NCBI RefSeq assembly: GCF_009914755.1
Contig: NC_060942.1
From: the human T2T-CHM13v2.0 reference genome, Homo sapiens
DNA: 64,000 nucleotides
Reading direction: 5' to 3' (one strand)
The number at the start of each line of letters is the position of its first letter. The stretch's first letter is position 1. The position numbers and the translations under genes are program-made. This document shows, in pieces, positions 41,961-57,924 of the stretch. Below the pieces are notes generated by a model. The model saw only the letters and a list, made by a program, of their open reading frames with translations. It was not told the origin of the DNA and ran no database searches.

Positions 41961-43314
41961 AGAAACCTTGCCTTGTTCCTAATCTTAGAGCAAAAACTTT
42001 CAGGCTTTCACCATTGAGGGTGGGCTTTTCATATATGGTTTTTATTATGTTTTGGAAGTTTTTGATTCCTAGTTTCTTTAGTGATTTTATCATTAAATAA
42101 TTCTTTTTGTGCATGTGATATTAGATGAGACGACTGTGTATTCCTCATCCCCATTTTGTGAGTATAAAATATAATGTTGATTTTCATATGTTCAACCATG
42201 CTGGCATTCCAGATATAAACCCCACTTCTGTATGGTCTATAATTCTTTTAATATATCAATGTGCTAAATGTTGTGTGCTAATATTTTGTTGAGGATTTCT
42301 GCATTAACATGTTTAAGGAATATTGGTGTGTAGTTGTATTCTTTTTTAATGTCTTTGCCTAGCTTTGGTACCTGGTTAATGCTGGCTTCAGAGAAATCAG
42401 TTAGTAAATGTTCCCTCCTCTTCAACTTTTGGGAAAAGTCTTAGAAAGATGACTGTTTGCTCTTTAAATGTTAAAATTTACCAATGAAGCTCTCTGGCCA
42501 AGGGTTTTTCTCTGTTCAGAGATTCTTATTACAATCTCTTAACTAGTTATAGATCTAATCAGATATTTTTTATTTCTTTATGATTTAGTCTTTGTAGATT
42601 TTGTGTTTCTAAAAACTTGTCCATTTCATCTAGGCTATCCTACTTGTTGACATTCAGTACAGCTGACATTCAGAATAGTATATTGTACTCTCTTATAATG
42701 ATTTTCATTTCTGTAGCATCAGAAGGCATGTCCGTACTTTTACTTCTGATTTCAGTAATTTGAATCTTCTCTCATTTTTCTTAGTCCGTCTAGCTAAAGT
42801 TTTGTCAATATTATTGATCTTTTCAAAAAGCTATCATTTAGTCTCATTAATTTCCCCCTTTTTTGTTTCCTGTTTTATTTATCTTTGCTCTATTTTTTAT
42901 TATTTTATTCCATCTGCTAGCTTTGAGTTTAGTTTGTTCTTCTTTTTTAGTTCCTTAAGTTATAAAATTAGATTTTTCATTTTACATCTTTCTTGTTTTT
43001 AAAGTAAGCATTTACAGTTATACATTTCCTTCTTACCTCTTTTTTCTCTATGTCACATAAGTCTTGGTATGTTGTGTTTTGGTTTTAATTTGTCCCTAAA
43101 TATTTTCTAATGTCCCTTAAGTTTTTTCCTTTTATTCATTGCTTAAGAGTTTATTTTTCAAATTTTCTCATCTTTGGGTACTTTTCACTTTTATTTGTTA
43201 TTAATTTTTAAATGCACGTTCTTCTGCTTGGAGAACATCTTCTGTATAATGGTTACAGTTTTAAAACTATTAAGATTTTATATACTTTTTCCTGTATCTA
43301 TCCTGAAAAATGTC

Positions 43315-43372
43315 CCATGTGCACTTAGGAAGAATGGATCTTGCCATGTGCACTTAGGAAGAATGGATCTTG
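43315..43372. repeat. Perfect 29-bp tandem duplication
   Basis: CCATGTGCACTTAGGAAGAATGGATCTTG x2. Confidence 0.97.
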
Positions 43373-44880
43373 TGTTCTTGTTAGGTAGAGTGGTCAGTAT
43401 GTGTCCATTAGATCTACCTGTTTTATTGTGTAAAGTCCTCTATTTTTCTACTTACCTTCTGTCTAGTTTTTCTATTTATTCTTGAGAATGAAGTATTGAA
43501 GTATCCAAGCACTACTGTACAATTGTTGATTTCTCCCTTCATTTCTGTCAGTCTTTACTTCATATATTCTGATGTTTTTGAATAAAGTGTGTAAATATTT
43601 CTAATTGTCATATCTTCTTGCTGTATTAAAACTTTTATTAATATACAATGTTTTTGTTTCATATACTTTTTGATTTAAAGTATATTTTGTCTGATATTAT
43701 TATGGATACTCCTGCTCTCATTGGCCACTATTTCCTGGGACCATGGTTTCTCATCCTTTCACTTTTAATCTGTTTGATTTTTCAGATCCAAAGTGAGTCT
43801 CTTGTAGACAGCAGATAGTGGGGTTTTTAAAAATCCATCATGCTAATATCTGTATTTTGATCGGAGATTTTACATTTATAGTAATTACTGGCAATGAGAG
43901 ATTTACCTGTCATTTTGTTATTTGTTTTCATTACTCCTTACAGCTTTTTTTTGTCACTCATGTTCTGCATTACTGACTTCTTTTGTATTTTGTTAAGCTT
44001 TGCAGTGAACAGTTTAAATCTGTCTCATTTTATTTTGTATACATTTTATAGCTATTTTCTTTGTGGTTACCATTGGAATTCTACTTAGTATCCTAATCTT
44101 ATAACACTGTAATTTGAGTTATTAATTCAAATTAATGATTTAATTTCAATAGGATACAAAACCCCTTCTTCTTTAATAGTTCTATCCCCATCCCATTTAG
44201 TTGTCAATGTCACAAAATTACATCTTTATAATTACATACCCCTAAGAATAAACTAGTGATATTCTGAAATGCCTTAGTCTTTTAAATTATGTAGGAAACA
44301 AAATGCAGAGTTATAAATCAGTTAGAGTAATAATAACTTTTAGAATATTTATTGTTTTATTTGTACATGTATTAGTCTCTTAAATCATGTAGGAAATAAA
44401 AGTACACTTGTAAAGTGTCATTACAATAACACTCGTTTTATAGTTGCCCAAGTATTTACTTTTATTGAGAGCTTTACTTCCTTATATGGCTTTGAGTTAC
44501 TGAGTGCGTTCTTTTATTTCACCCTGTAAGATTTCCTTGAGCAATTTTTTGTGTGTGAGGCAGGTCTCATGATAACGTTTTACCTTAGATTTTGTTTATC
44601 TGTAAGCATCTCAGTTTCTTGTCCACTTTTAAAGAACAGTTTTGCTGGATATGGGATTCTTGGTTGACTTTTTCTTTAGCACTCTGAATATATCAGCCAT
44701 TGCTTTTTGGCCACCAAACTTTCTGATGAGAAACCAGAAATCTGCTGATAATCCTACTGAGAATCATTTGTATGTGGTAAATAGCTTTTCTCTTGTTACT
44801 TTCAAGATTTTCTTTTTGGATTTTTTTTTTCAAAAGTTTGATTATGTCTCAGTGTGGGTCTTTAAGTTCATCTTACTTAG

Positions 44881-45541
<661 letters not shown>

Positions 45542-46514
45542 TATACATTGTTATCTTAATTTTCTTCATGTTTCCCTTAGTTATTTGAGCACTTTGAAGA
45601 GTTATTTTAATATCTTTGTTGAGTGGATATGTCTTCAGGTCTTTTTTAGGGTGAGTTTCCATTGATTTAATTTTTCTTTGAATGGGCCACAATTTTCTGT
45701 TTATTTTTATGCCCTGTGATTTTGTTGTCGTTGTTGTTGTTGAAAATGGGACATTGGAATCTACAATGTGGTAAATCTAGAAATAATATTCTACCCCTTC
45801 CTTAGGGTTTCCATTGTTACTATTCTTGTTATTGCTTTATTTATTTATTCTGGATTGTTGTTGTCTCTGTGCCAATGATCAGACTAATGTGCATATTAAG
45901 TTTTTCCTAGGATTTTTCTAAGCCTCCACCTTCCCCTTGACATTTATGATAATTTTCTAATTTTCCCTATATATGCAATTTATTTTAAATATCCTAGTAT
46001 TTAATGTCTAGCTCTCAAAATGGAAAAAATTTTAAAAGGATGGGAGGGAAAAATAGGTGCTGGCCCTTTAAATATCCCAGAGATCACTGAAGATGGAGGA
46101 GAAAGTTCGTTGCAATCAGGGAGGTGCAATAAAAATGGTCCTTGTCTCATTCTGTGTATCTCTGTAATCAAAACAGGCATTAGCAATCAGGACACAGATC
46201 CCTGGTGTTTGGAGTACAGCGCCTTTCTCGCTCACTCTTTCTCTCACAGCTGTATTCAGGTTGCTCCAGGAACATGTGGACAGCATCCTGACACGGGTCT
46301 GGTGCTCATGGGCTGAGAGCTGCAACTTTGCTGAGAGCTGAAGATGATGGAAATTAACCACAATTTATTGTCCAAGCTTGACCTTGGAAGTTGTAAGTCT
46401 TCAATAAACTCCAGAATTCCAAAATAATTGAGTTGTTGTTTTCTTCTTCAAGCTAACCTTGTCTTTTTCCCCAGTTTCCAGGGATTCCTCTTGGTTTTAG
46501 CATACTACAGACAC

Positions 46515-46791
46515 TCCTTTTACTCTTTCTCTTTCTTTTCTTCCTCCTTCCCTTCCTTTCTTTTCTTTCTTGCTTGCTTTTGTTCATTCTTTTTTCTTTC
46601 GTTTTTTCTTTCTCTTTGTTTTTCTTTCTCTCTTTTCCTTTCCTTTCCTTTTTTCCTCCTTTTCTTACCCCTTTTCTTTACCCTTCCCTTCCCTTCACTT
46701 TCCATTCTTCTTTCCTTTCCCCTTCTCTTCCCTCCGCTCTCTTCTCCTCCCCTCTCCCCTACTCTCTTCTCCTTTTCTCTCCTTTTCTTTT
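46515..46791. repeat. Polypyrimidine low-complexity tract
   Basis: Almost purely C/T over ~280 bp. Confidence 0.95.
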
Positions 46792-49700
46792 GGCATAGGT
46801 TTTCTTGGTTCAGTATTTTTCCACTCCTAGGTTTGGGGCAGGTACGGAAAATGACCCCATTTTAATCTGAATTCAGTACGCTCCATGCTCTTTTCTACCT
46901 GTTTAATTTCCAGACCTCTTTTCAAGATTCACAGTAGTCATTATGTATTTTTAAATCTGTAATTAATTTCTAATAATGTTCCTGTTACAGTACTTGTTTC
47001 TCTCTATTAAGTGTAGTTATCAATTTGTAATAAAACTATTATTGCCAGTTTGATTCTCCTTCTAGGCTTTAAGCTTCAGATTCAGTGAATGTAGATTATT
47101 TTCTTTTCTAAAGCCCAGTCTCAAATACAAAACTGTTACTAATAAATATCTTTGGACCTTTTAATACAAAATATTTACCAAAGAAACTGTAACAATTAAT
47201 ATTTATTCAGTTAAAAGATTAAAGTAAAATAATTGCTATCCATATGATATTTCTGCAATTTAAATATTCATTCCTTACACTCAGTAGAATATTTTAATTA
47301 TAAATTAAATAGTGGTGGGTAAATACAAATTAAATTATTTGGTCTGAAACTAATGTACATAAATACCTAAAAATCCTTTAGTATTATAAAACTTCCAGGG
47401 AAGGCTATTTCAGATTGTGATTTAGGTTTATTCTTATAAAGAAAAACTAAAACCTTACCAATCTCTCCCTTCCCAACGGGACAGTTAAAGAGCAGTATAT
47501 TCAGAAATAGTGATAGGAAATATTTTCTTTATATGGATGCTGTGTAGAGAACAATGGTAATTACCAGTCTGGAGGTGAGTGAGGAAATCACTAACTATAA
47601 TAAGATACAATTGAACTCTACCTTTGGGAGAGACATTTCTCTAGGCAGTAATAAACAAGTCACAGATACTGGGTTGGAATGTTACACTTTCAGAATAATG
47701 ACCCATGTGTTGAACATACCCTAAAGGAATATACTATTTTCTTGCTATGTTTTGTCTGTTTTTTTTCCTATTAAAGCATTTTATTAATCTACACTTTTAG
47801 GAATTTAATAGACTGATATTTATTTTAGCTCTAAATCACATTAGAGTTTATCAAATCTATTTTTCAATAAATTAGAAAACTAAAACAAAAGGTTAGCAAA
47901 AATGGAAAAGCTAGGCTTAAACCCACATCTCATCTCTTCCAGCCTAGCCCAGCCTTTTCTGCATGATCATTTTTAAAGATAATCATTACCATCATTATCT
48001 TCACCCTGTTATATTTTTTCTGTTTACGTTGAAAAAATTAGTATGTTTAAAGGATTCGCAGTCAACCAATACTGGTACAAATAAATCAAATACTGCTTTT
48101 CAAGAGACTGAAGAAATAGAAACGGACTCCAGAATATGCCCCCCAAAATCAGATGTACCTCTACCATGAAGACAGAAATGGTAGTGTGAATTTTTGGCCC
48201 CAAAGAGGCAGAAGTTGTGGTACTGTTAAATATGGCAGAGGGTGCACTAACTTTAAAAAATCATGCAGCAGTGCCAAAAGGACTCATGACAAATACCAAG
48301 AGGGTTGAATCATTGTTGAATAGGAAAATACTATAAAAATAATTAAGAGAAGGACAGATGCAAAGAAATAATAAATCTCAAGTAAGATTACACCATAGAG
48401 CAGAAACTTGCACCAACAATTTTTTACTGTATTTTCATTTATTAATGCAAGCATTTCACTTAATTTTTACCACTTGAAAGTAGTGTGTAGAAATTTTATG
48501 TCTTTAAAAGTCTAAAACATAGACTGCATGTTTAAAACTATACTGAAATAAAGTAAAAGTTTATATGTATCAAAAATAAATAAACAAACAAATAAATACA
48601 TTATTTTACAGTCTCTTACTACATGAAACTAATAAATACTAGAGTCAGTATTATCCACTACCTCCTGTCACCTATAAAGAAAACACGGTCATATATGAAT
48701 GTGTAATATCAAGTTACATATTGCCCTATAAATAACCTCAATAAAATATACACATATCATATGCACATATTGTACTAGTAATAACGTTTATTTACATTGC
48801 TCTGAACCTAAGAGGATAGTATTAGAAATAAATGGATACCTCTATTCAGAAGCATTTCATTAAGGTAAGCAGAAAACTAAATTATCACCTTAGGTACCTA
48901 ATTGCATTGGTCTCAAAAATTGTTCAGCACAGTGAAGCAAAAATCCATTGAAGATTAAAGGAAAGTTGAAATCTAGATTAATTCTGTGGAGTGTGGCCTG
49001 AATCTAGAACAGGAGGGTGATCCACATTTGCCAGAAAACACAAGGAGTGTGCAGTGAGAGCAGTGAGAAGGAACCGAGGACCAATTCCCGTAAGCGGCCG
49101 ATGGCATCGGTGATTGTGCTACTTCTCATTACTCCACTCTACCAGAAGATAGGCCGCTAGCTAGTTAACACAGATTAATATCTTCTAGTCATGATTAAGT
49201 TACATGAAACTAATAAATTGTAGTGTACCATATCAGCAACACACTGCATTTTAATCTATTTCATATGAAGACCTTATAATTAAATAAAACATATAAAGAT
49301 CCATTAATAAAAATAATCTAATTATCAAGACTTAAAAATGCATAGCATTCTGCATTAGCAACTAATATTCCCAAAACAGTGAGTCTGCTCTAAATTTATT
49401 TTTTTCTAAAAGCCGTGAGAAAAATAGGAGAGTTACTTTAAGAGAGCTCAACATTTCTACATAAAAATATCATAAAGTAACTTCAAGTAAGTTCAAATGT
49501 TTGAATATAGAACTAACTTGGAACTTACTTCTATGGCACAGACCAGGCCTCATATTTTTTGAAAATGTCATTGACATACCTGACTGTTTAATTATTTAGA
49601 AAATTCTCACAAATTTTGTCCACCATTACCTTTAGTGTGTCATAAAATTAACAGTAACTCACAATTCAAAATATGTGTTAAAAGCTGTCTTGTGTACTTA

Positions 49701-50295
49701 GAAATTATGCTCCTAAAATTTTATCCTGTTTTAAAAAGTCTAGTTTGCTTTACAGAAAAAAAAAACTATTACTTTTATATTGTATGAATAGCATGTCAGA
49801 CATACTTGCCAGACACCACTTACTATACGAATATTATTTATTTAACCATAAGTAGTATCTGGTAAAGTGTAACTCATTTGTAAAATTTCCATCCCCACAG
49901 ATACAATGGTTTTGAACTATGAGTGTGTTCCTTCTTCTCATTCTATGTCCTATTTTCCAATAAATGTAATGATCTAATTCCATAGACTCGAATGTTTTGT
50001 GCTGATTAGATTAGTTAAATGCCAACTCTCACTTAGGATCTAAGGGTTGAAGGACTTTCTATTAAGCTATTGATAAAAAAATCTGACTTAAAAGATTAAG
50101 ACTGGAAATCACTACCTTACTTAACACAGTGACTACTTCTTACAATAGAAAGGCTGAAAAGTTTACATTAGTTTGATAATATGCCTATTGATAAGCAAAA
50201 CACTACATCTGTAAATCATATAAGTGTTGTTAAAACATATTTCTTTATCCTAGTTTTAAAAGTCTTTTGAAATTACAGGATGTAAGCCATTTCTT

Positions 50296-51731
<1,436 letters not shown>

Positions 51732-52556
51732 TTACTATGTTTATCATCAGAATTTAGTCCTGCAATCTTCATGTAGTAGGTGTTCCTTAGATTATAGGAA
51801 TGCCATTCCTTTAATAATTGAGCCTATTTTCGTAAACTATTCATTGAATAGTAAAGTGCTCAATACACGAAAAAAATGTTTTCACGTTTTGTCTTCTGCC
51901 CTCAGACAAGTGGCCTTTAAAATACATATAAATTATTTCTCTCAAAATTCACTTTTGCCAGATAACACATGAACTTGTTAAAAACTTTTCATAATTTATA
52001 AGACAGTTTTAAACTTCAATTTGATGTTTGCAAATGTGTATATATGTGAGTACATGGTGTTTGTATGATATATTTTCTATAGTTTTTTTTCAAGATTACA
52101 ATCCTTTAGAATTTCAATGACTTAATATTTTCTTAATTCAAGCAAACTTGTCAATAAAAATCGGATTTTTTTTACACTAACCTAGATCTATCTATTTATC
52201 TATCTATCTATCACTGTTATGTTTATCAGCAGTTATAAATTGCAGACCTATAAACAACTTTCTTAACATAAAATAAAATGAATGATACAGTCTAAATCTC
52301 TATTTAAATTTAAATTGACTTAAAAGTTAACTTTGTAATTGAGAGACTCCATAAACATTGAACTATGCTTTAGAAGAATAGAGTTAGGTATGAAGAAAGT
52401 CATATTTAGAAAAATGACCATGTTTTATAATAATGAAAGATAAAGTATGCAGTTAAGCTTGGAAATTGAATTCCGTTTTTGGAAATGAGTCATTTTCAAA
52501 ACATTGAACATACTTTGCTTATATGTCATAGGCATGTTTAAAAAAAGTTAGGCGTT

Positions 52557-52601
52557 GGCTGGGTGCAGTGGCTCACACCTCTAATTCTAGCATTTTGGGA
52601 G
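52557..52601 (+). mobile_element. Alu 5' fragment (45 bp)
   Basis: 'ggctgggtgcagtggctcacacctctaattctagcattttgggag'. Confidence 0.85.
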
Positions 52602-53224
52602 CTGCAGCAAATTTAAAAGTCTCACAGAAACTGTAAATACCTATATCCAACTGTACTCCATAAATCATTTTAATTTAAAGAGGTATCAGAAACTTGAAAT
52701 ATTAAAAATAAAACAATATGAAGCCTCTGATTCCCTGCAAAAGGGTTCTTCCCACTCTTTTTCTTTCTTTCTTTTTCCCACTCATAATAAAAGATAACAT
52801 ATACACACATTTCCTCAGTCCAAAAATCTGTTTTACCTGGTATGTTCTTTCTTATTCCACAGATTAATACATTAGTGTCTTCAGAGTCAGAGGGTATTTC
52901 ATCTCTTCATAATTACTCTTAATCAATCTACCTCTTGCTAACTTTGCTCCCATTTACTCTATGAGGTTGTATAAAATCTTAAAAATAAAGAAAAAGAAAG
53001 CAAATAAACATTAGCTAAAGGAAAAAAAACTTACCTATTTTCTGGATGCAAAATATCAAATCCAGTTGTCAAAGAATTTTTTTCTTACTATTTTCTCATT
53101 TTTTTTCAGTCAATGTCTACCCCAACATTTGCTGTCCATAGCATTTCAATGTTTTACTTTATGTTTTACTTTTTATTCAAAGATATGTGCCGTGGAGGAT
53201 TACACCTCCTGTATTTTGTAAGGG

Positions 53225-53520
53225 GTTTGTTTAAAGAGTACTAAGTTTAATGAGTAAGTTCTGGGGATCTTATGTACAGAAAAGTGACACTAGTTAATAG
53301 CGTATTACATACTTGAAATTTTCTAGGAGAGTAGCTCTTAAATGTTCTCACCACAGAGATACACACACAAAGATAACTGTGTGAGGTGATGGATCTATTA
53401 ATTAGATTTACTCTGGGAATCATTTCACAATGTATATAAATTAAAATATTATATACACTGTAAGTATATGCACTTTTAAGTTGTCAATTTTACCTCAATA
53501 AAACTAGAAAAATAAAATAA
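53225..53520 (+). mobile_element. L1MA-type 3' end
   Basis: 'taagttctggggatcttatgtacag...aaatgttctcaccac...gaggtgatggat...ttacctcaataaaac' plus A-rich tail. Confidence 0.88.
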
Positions 53521-54124
53521 ATATGTAGACGATAAAAATAATAATATGAGAAACAGACTTCAACATCTCTGGGTTAATCTATGCAATGACTTTAATAATG
53601 ATTCTTATTGTATTTTTTCATGTACCTTTACAATCTCTCTGGGAAAATCATCAGCATCATTTGTTTTACCTTTCATTAAAAGAGGAAATCATGTGGATTG
53701 AACATCACCACTGACACAATTACTTGTACGTTATTTCAATGTAAACTAAAAATAATTTTTTTTTGATAACATTATTTGTTTCATCAAGAATAGGAATTCA
53801 AATTTCCTTACCGTTAACCGACATTGGTCTGCATGGCTTTCTTTGACTGTTAAAAACAAATCAAAAATCACTGCCGAAAATAATTATCTTACTAATGATG
53901 GCAGATAAATCATTAAAGAGCTTTAAAATAATCAGTGTATTTGTTAGAATGTCTGTTTTTATAATATAAGGACTTCTGAAAAATTATCGTTTCTGATTGC
54001 TTCATAAGATTATTTTTTAAGACATTTACAAGGTCTTAAATTTATGGACACTTGGCCATAAAGTGCTAGTCATGATTATTTTTTCAGAAACACAGCAAAC
54101 ATATTGTCAAAGAACTTCCTTTTT

Positions 54125-54345
54125 TAGTTAGAATTCATCGATTCAAATCTCAGTTCTTACACTTAAATAATTTTCAGCCAATTCTTTAACCATGTCTACA
54201 AGTTTTCTTGTTAGTAAAATGTGAGTGACTAAAATATTTCCCAGGTCATAAGGTTGTTATAAGGCTAAATAGTGTAATTTATGTAAAAATTATGCTTACA
54301 GAGTGCTTGAAATTATCACTTATTTAAATAACTATTATTACAATA
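54125..54345 (+). mobile_element. MIR SINE
   Basis: 'ttcaaatctcagttct...gtaaaatg...cataaggttgttataagg...tgcttacagagtgcttg' MIR core. Confidence 0.75.
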
Positions 54346-54360
54346 ATAATTCTAATTAGT

Positions 54361-54404
54361 TATTAGTTTTGGCAAACTGCAATTACTTTTACACCAACCT
54401 AATA
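54361..54404. mobile_element. MADE1/Hsmar1 single TIR remnant
   Basis: 'tggcaaactgcaattacttttacaccaacctaata' matches the Hsmar1 TIR + TA. Confidence 0.9.
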
Positions 54405-55679
54405 GTATTATACATAACTAGTTTTACTGGTTGTTAATATAGAAATCTACTTAAAATTATCATATTTTAACAATTTCTAAAACAGAATTTCAAGATTTTA
54501 ATAAAATATATGTTGTAAAAATAATGCCATTTAAATACAATGCATAAAATATGTTTCATATTAGAAAACAAAAAAGCTATAAATAAAATTGCATAGCTTT
54601 GCTAACATTTAGATTTAATTCATCCTATTATTTTTCTAGGCTTCTATTGGAATACTTACCTCAAAATTAGACAAAATTCTAGAAAAATGTATCCAGGACA
54701 GGGGCTTATTTAGTCAAATCTAAAAAAAAATGTAGTATCTGCAGTTCTCACTGAATATTTTATCAGAAGAATTTCTGCTGTGAACTTTAAAACAGGCTCA
54801 TTGTTTGATGTGGTGAAAGAAATGATCAAGATTGTGAAATAAATTTTATTCCTTATCCTGGTATAAACCATTTTAAGCTTATGGCTTATTTGGAAGAAGG
54901 TGTAGTAGAGTATAAGGATGCCATTTACTTTAATTCAATCTCAAAGTTAGGTAATGAAATATTCTTGAAGATATTTACTGAAATGAGTCTTAAATTCAAG
55001 TAGCCTCCCATTCTGGAGTTAAAGACCTTAAAAGCCTATATTTATCTCTTACCTCCATCCTTTTTCCTAGACCTACCTTCCAATATCAGACTACAGTATC
55101 TCTTAGCCCTTGGTAGATTATAACATTAATCTTTATTAATGTGGAAGACACATTTTAAACTTTAACTGCAAAGAAAAATATCAACTTGTAAATTTTAAGA
55201 CAAAAATATGATTCATTGAATATAGAGATTGTGCCATTAGAAAATGATGACTCAAGGTATTTTCTATTGGTAAACTTCTCTAAGATTAGCTGAGGTAGAT
55301 ATAGAACAATTGGCCAATTATTTTGTTGCTTTAAATATGAATCTGTTTAGGAACTTTATGTGTTGCATTGAGAAGGCAAACCTCAAGTTTGACTAAATCA
55401 TCCAGTTTCTACTTTACCAATATATACCATATTCAGAAGGAAACATTGAGCAGAGGTTTCATGTTCAAAGATGTGCTGTTTACTTGTTTAATTTTATTTT
55501 TAAAAAAATATTTTGAAACTTGTTAACTCAATCCCAAATTAAGGAATAACTTGAAGTATTTTAAAATGTACTCAGAAATGTTAGCTAATATTCTGAACAA
55601 TTTACTAATATAAATCCAGTTGACAATACAAATAGAATTTTTTAAAATTAACTTCATTTGAATATTAACTATATATAAT

Positions 55680-56665
55680 AAAATTGATTGAAGTGTAATT
55701 TACACATACTAAAATTCACACAGCAATTAACTAAATTTATCTTGACAGTTTCATGAGATTTTTTTCAAATATATTCAGTCGAATAAAACATCAAAATCAT
55801 ATTTAATAGTTTTGTCATCTCCAAAGCTCCCACATGGCTCTGAATGTTCTGATCCCTTCCCTGACCTTGACCCTTGGAAGCAATTAACCTATTTTCTGTA
55901 ATATTATGCTTGTATTTTCGAAAGTGTATGTAAATGGAATGATATTTTAGGTATTCCTTGGTATCTCATTCTTTTGCCTAACATAGTGCTGTCAAAATGC
56001 ATACATGTTGTTGTGTGCTATTCATCACATCATTTTTATTGCTAAGTATTCCACTTTATACGTTACATTTACCAAAGTTTGAAACATTGCAAATAAAATT
56101 TTTATGGGAATTTGTACAAGTTTTTTTGTAAACATGTTTTCATCTATCTTATGCAGTTACCAAATAGTGAAACCTATACAGTAAGTGCATGTTTAGCTTT
56201 ATAAGAAACCATCAAGCTTTTTTTTAAAAAAATTGATTGTATCATTTTACATTCTATCAAAGTAAGAGATTTCCTTTTGCTCCACATCTACACCAGTCTT
56301 TTAAGGTCAATCTTTTTTATTCTATCCATTCTAGTAGTTGTAAAAAGGTACCGAATTGTTTTTATTTACATATACTAAGTTTGAGCATCTTTCTTTTCTA
56401 GTGCTTGTTGGCGTTTATGAAATACTCTGCAAATATTTTCCCACTTATTTATTAATGGATCATATTTTTTTCTCTTCATCTCCATAGCTTTTTAAAAAAT
56501 GTATTCTGAGGCCACAAAATATCTTATTTTTTTGTATAAGTTGTATAAATCTTATGTGATATATTTTAAGTAACATAGAAGGTGTACAAAAAGGTTTGAA
56601 ATACATTTTTTTGCCTACATATATCATTTTTCCCAGTATCACTTATTGAGAAGATTATTCTTCTA
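55680..56665 (-). mobile_element. Old L1M 3' region
   Basis: 'ttgaagtgtaatttacacatactaaaattcac...taaatggaatgata...gtttagctttataagaaacc'. Confidence 0.8.
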
Positions 56666-57924
56666 AGTGCAGAGTTCATTCCTTAACCATTAGCCCTCAC
56701 CAGAATTCATTTTATTCTTTGTTAAATCTTTCCTGTCTTTTTAATCTCTTGACATTTTTCTTCTCTTTTGATTTTTCTTTTTAATTTAATCATTTAAAAC
56801 TTACATTAAATAGCCTGTAACTCAATTATTTTACTACAGGTCTTGTACCTTCACTCTCCCTCTTTTGATAAGTTGTTTCTTCATGCATCTGGTAATTTGA
56901 GTCATGGGTTTGTCTCAGCCAGGCTTTATCCCCAGCAACCTCGTGCAGCCTGGCTGAGCATGTGCCCTCCAGAGCTGTAATATGGTAGCTATGATAAGTG
57001 CTCAAGTGGTATTGATGATTCATTTTCCATTCTGGAACATATAGGTAATTTACCTGTAAATTCTGGTGCATTCTGGAACATATAGATAATGCAAATTTAA
57101 GCCTTAAAATATTTTTAGTATAAGATTGCATTACAAATTCTCAGTGAACACGTCATATTTGTATAAATCTTAAACGCAGTCTTGTTGTTACCTCCATGTA
57201 TCAGTAAACAGAAAGTTTTAATACTTCCTTCCACTGAAGATATAGCCATCAAATGATTTTTGAATTTTGCATGAATCTAAGTTCCAACTTTCCATTTTTG
57301 AATGACCAAAACCTTTTCTGCACCTAGAAGGCTGTGAAAATATAAACCACTTGAAAACCAAGGCCACTAAGCTAACCTCTTTCTGTCAATTTACACCAGC
57401 GTTCTGATTTTCAATTCGTGTTTTGTGTTCATTTTTAAATTTTCCTTTCTTGTGAATTCTGTTAATATAAAATGATGCCTGTTTTATATTCAATAGAGAT
57501 TCTAAATCTTTAGTAGCATGAATAATAGATTGCAGGTTATCTATAAAATCCAGAAAATAACAGTCTAAAATTATCTTTTTATTTTATAGAACTTTCACAA
57601 AATTTTGGACTTTGTTTTATGTTTTCCACATCTGCTTCATGTTTGCATTTATTTACTTGTGGATAGATTCTCTTCACACTAAACAATGTACTTTTTTGAT
57701 GCTTTCATTTATTATAATAATATCTGGATACGTTGGAGAAGTCCATACCAGCTCTCAGTTGGCCAGTGTGAAACCTGATCCCTTTACTTCACATAGAGAA
57801 GAAGACACATTCACCCAACTTTCGAAAGGGGACTTACTTAGATATTTGTGTCACACGGAGATTGTATTTGCTACTACTAGAAATGGCTTCATTTCCCAAA
57901 TACTGTAATATGTTTGATTGCCTC

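Noticed and set aside
46428-46865. Phe/Ser/Leu-rich and Lys/Glu/Arg-rich ORFs
   Set aside because: Stop-free frames caused by the polypyrimidine tract.
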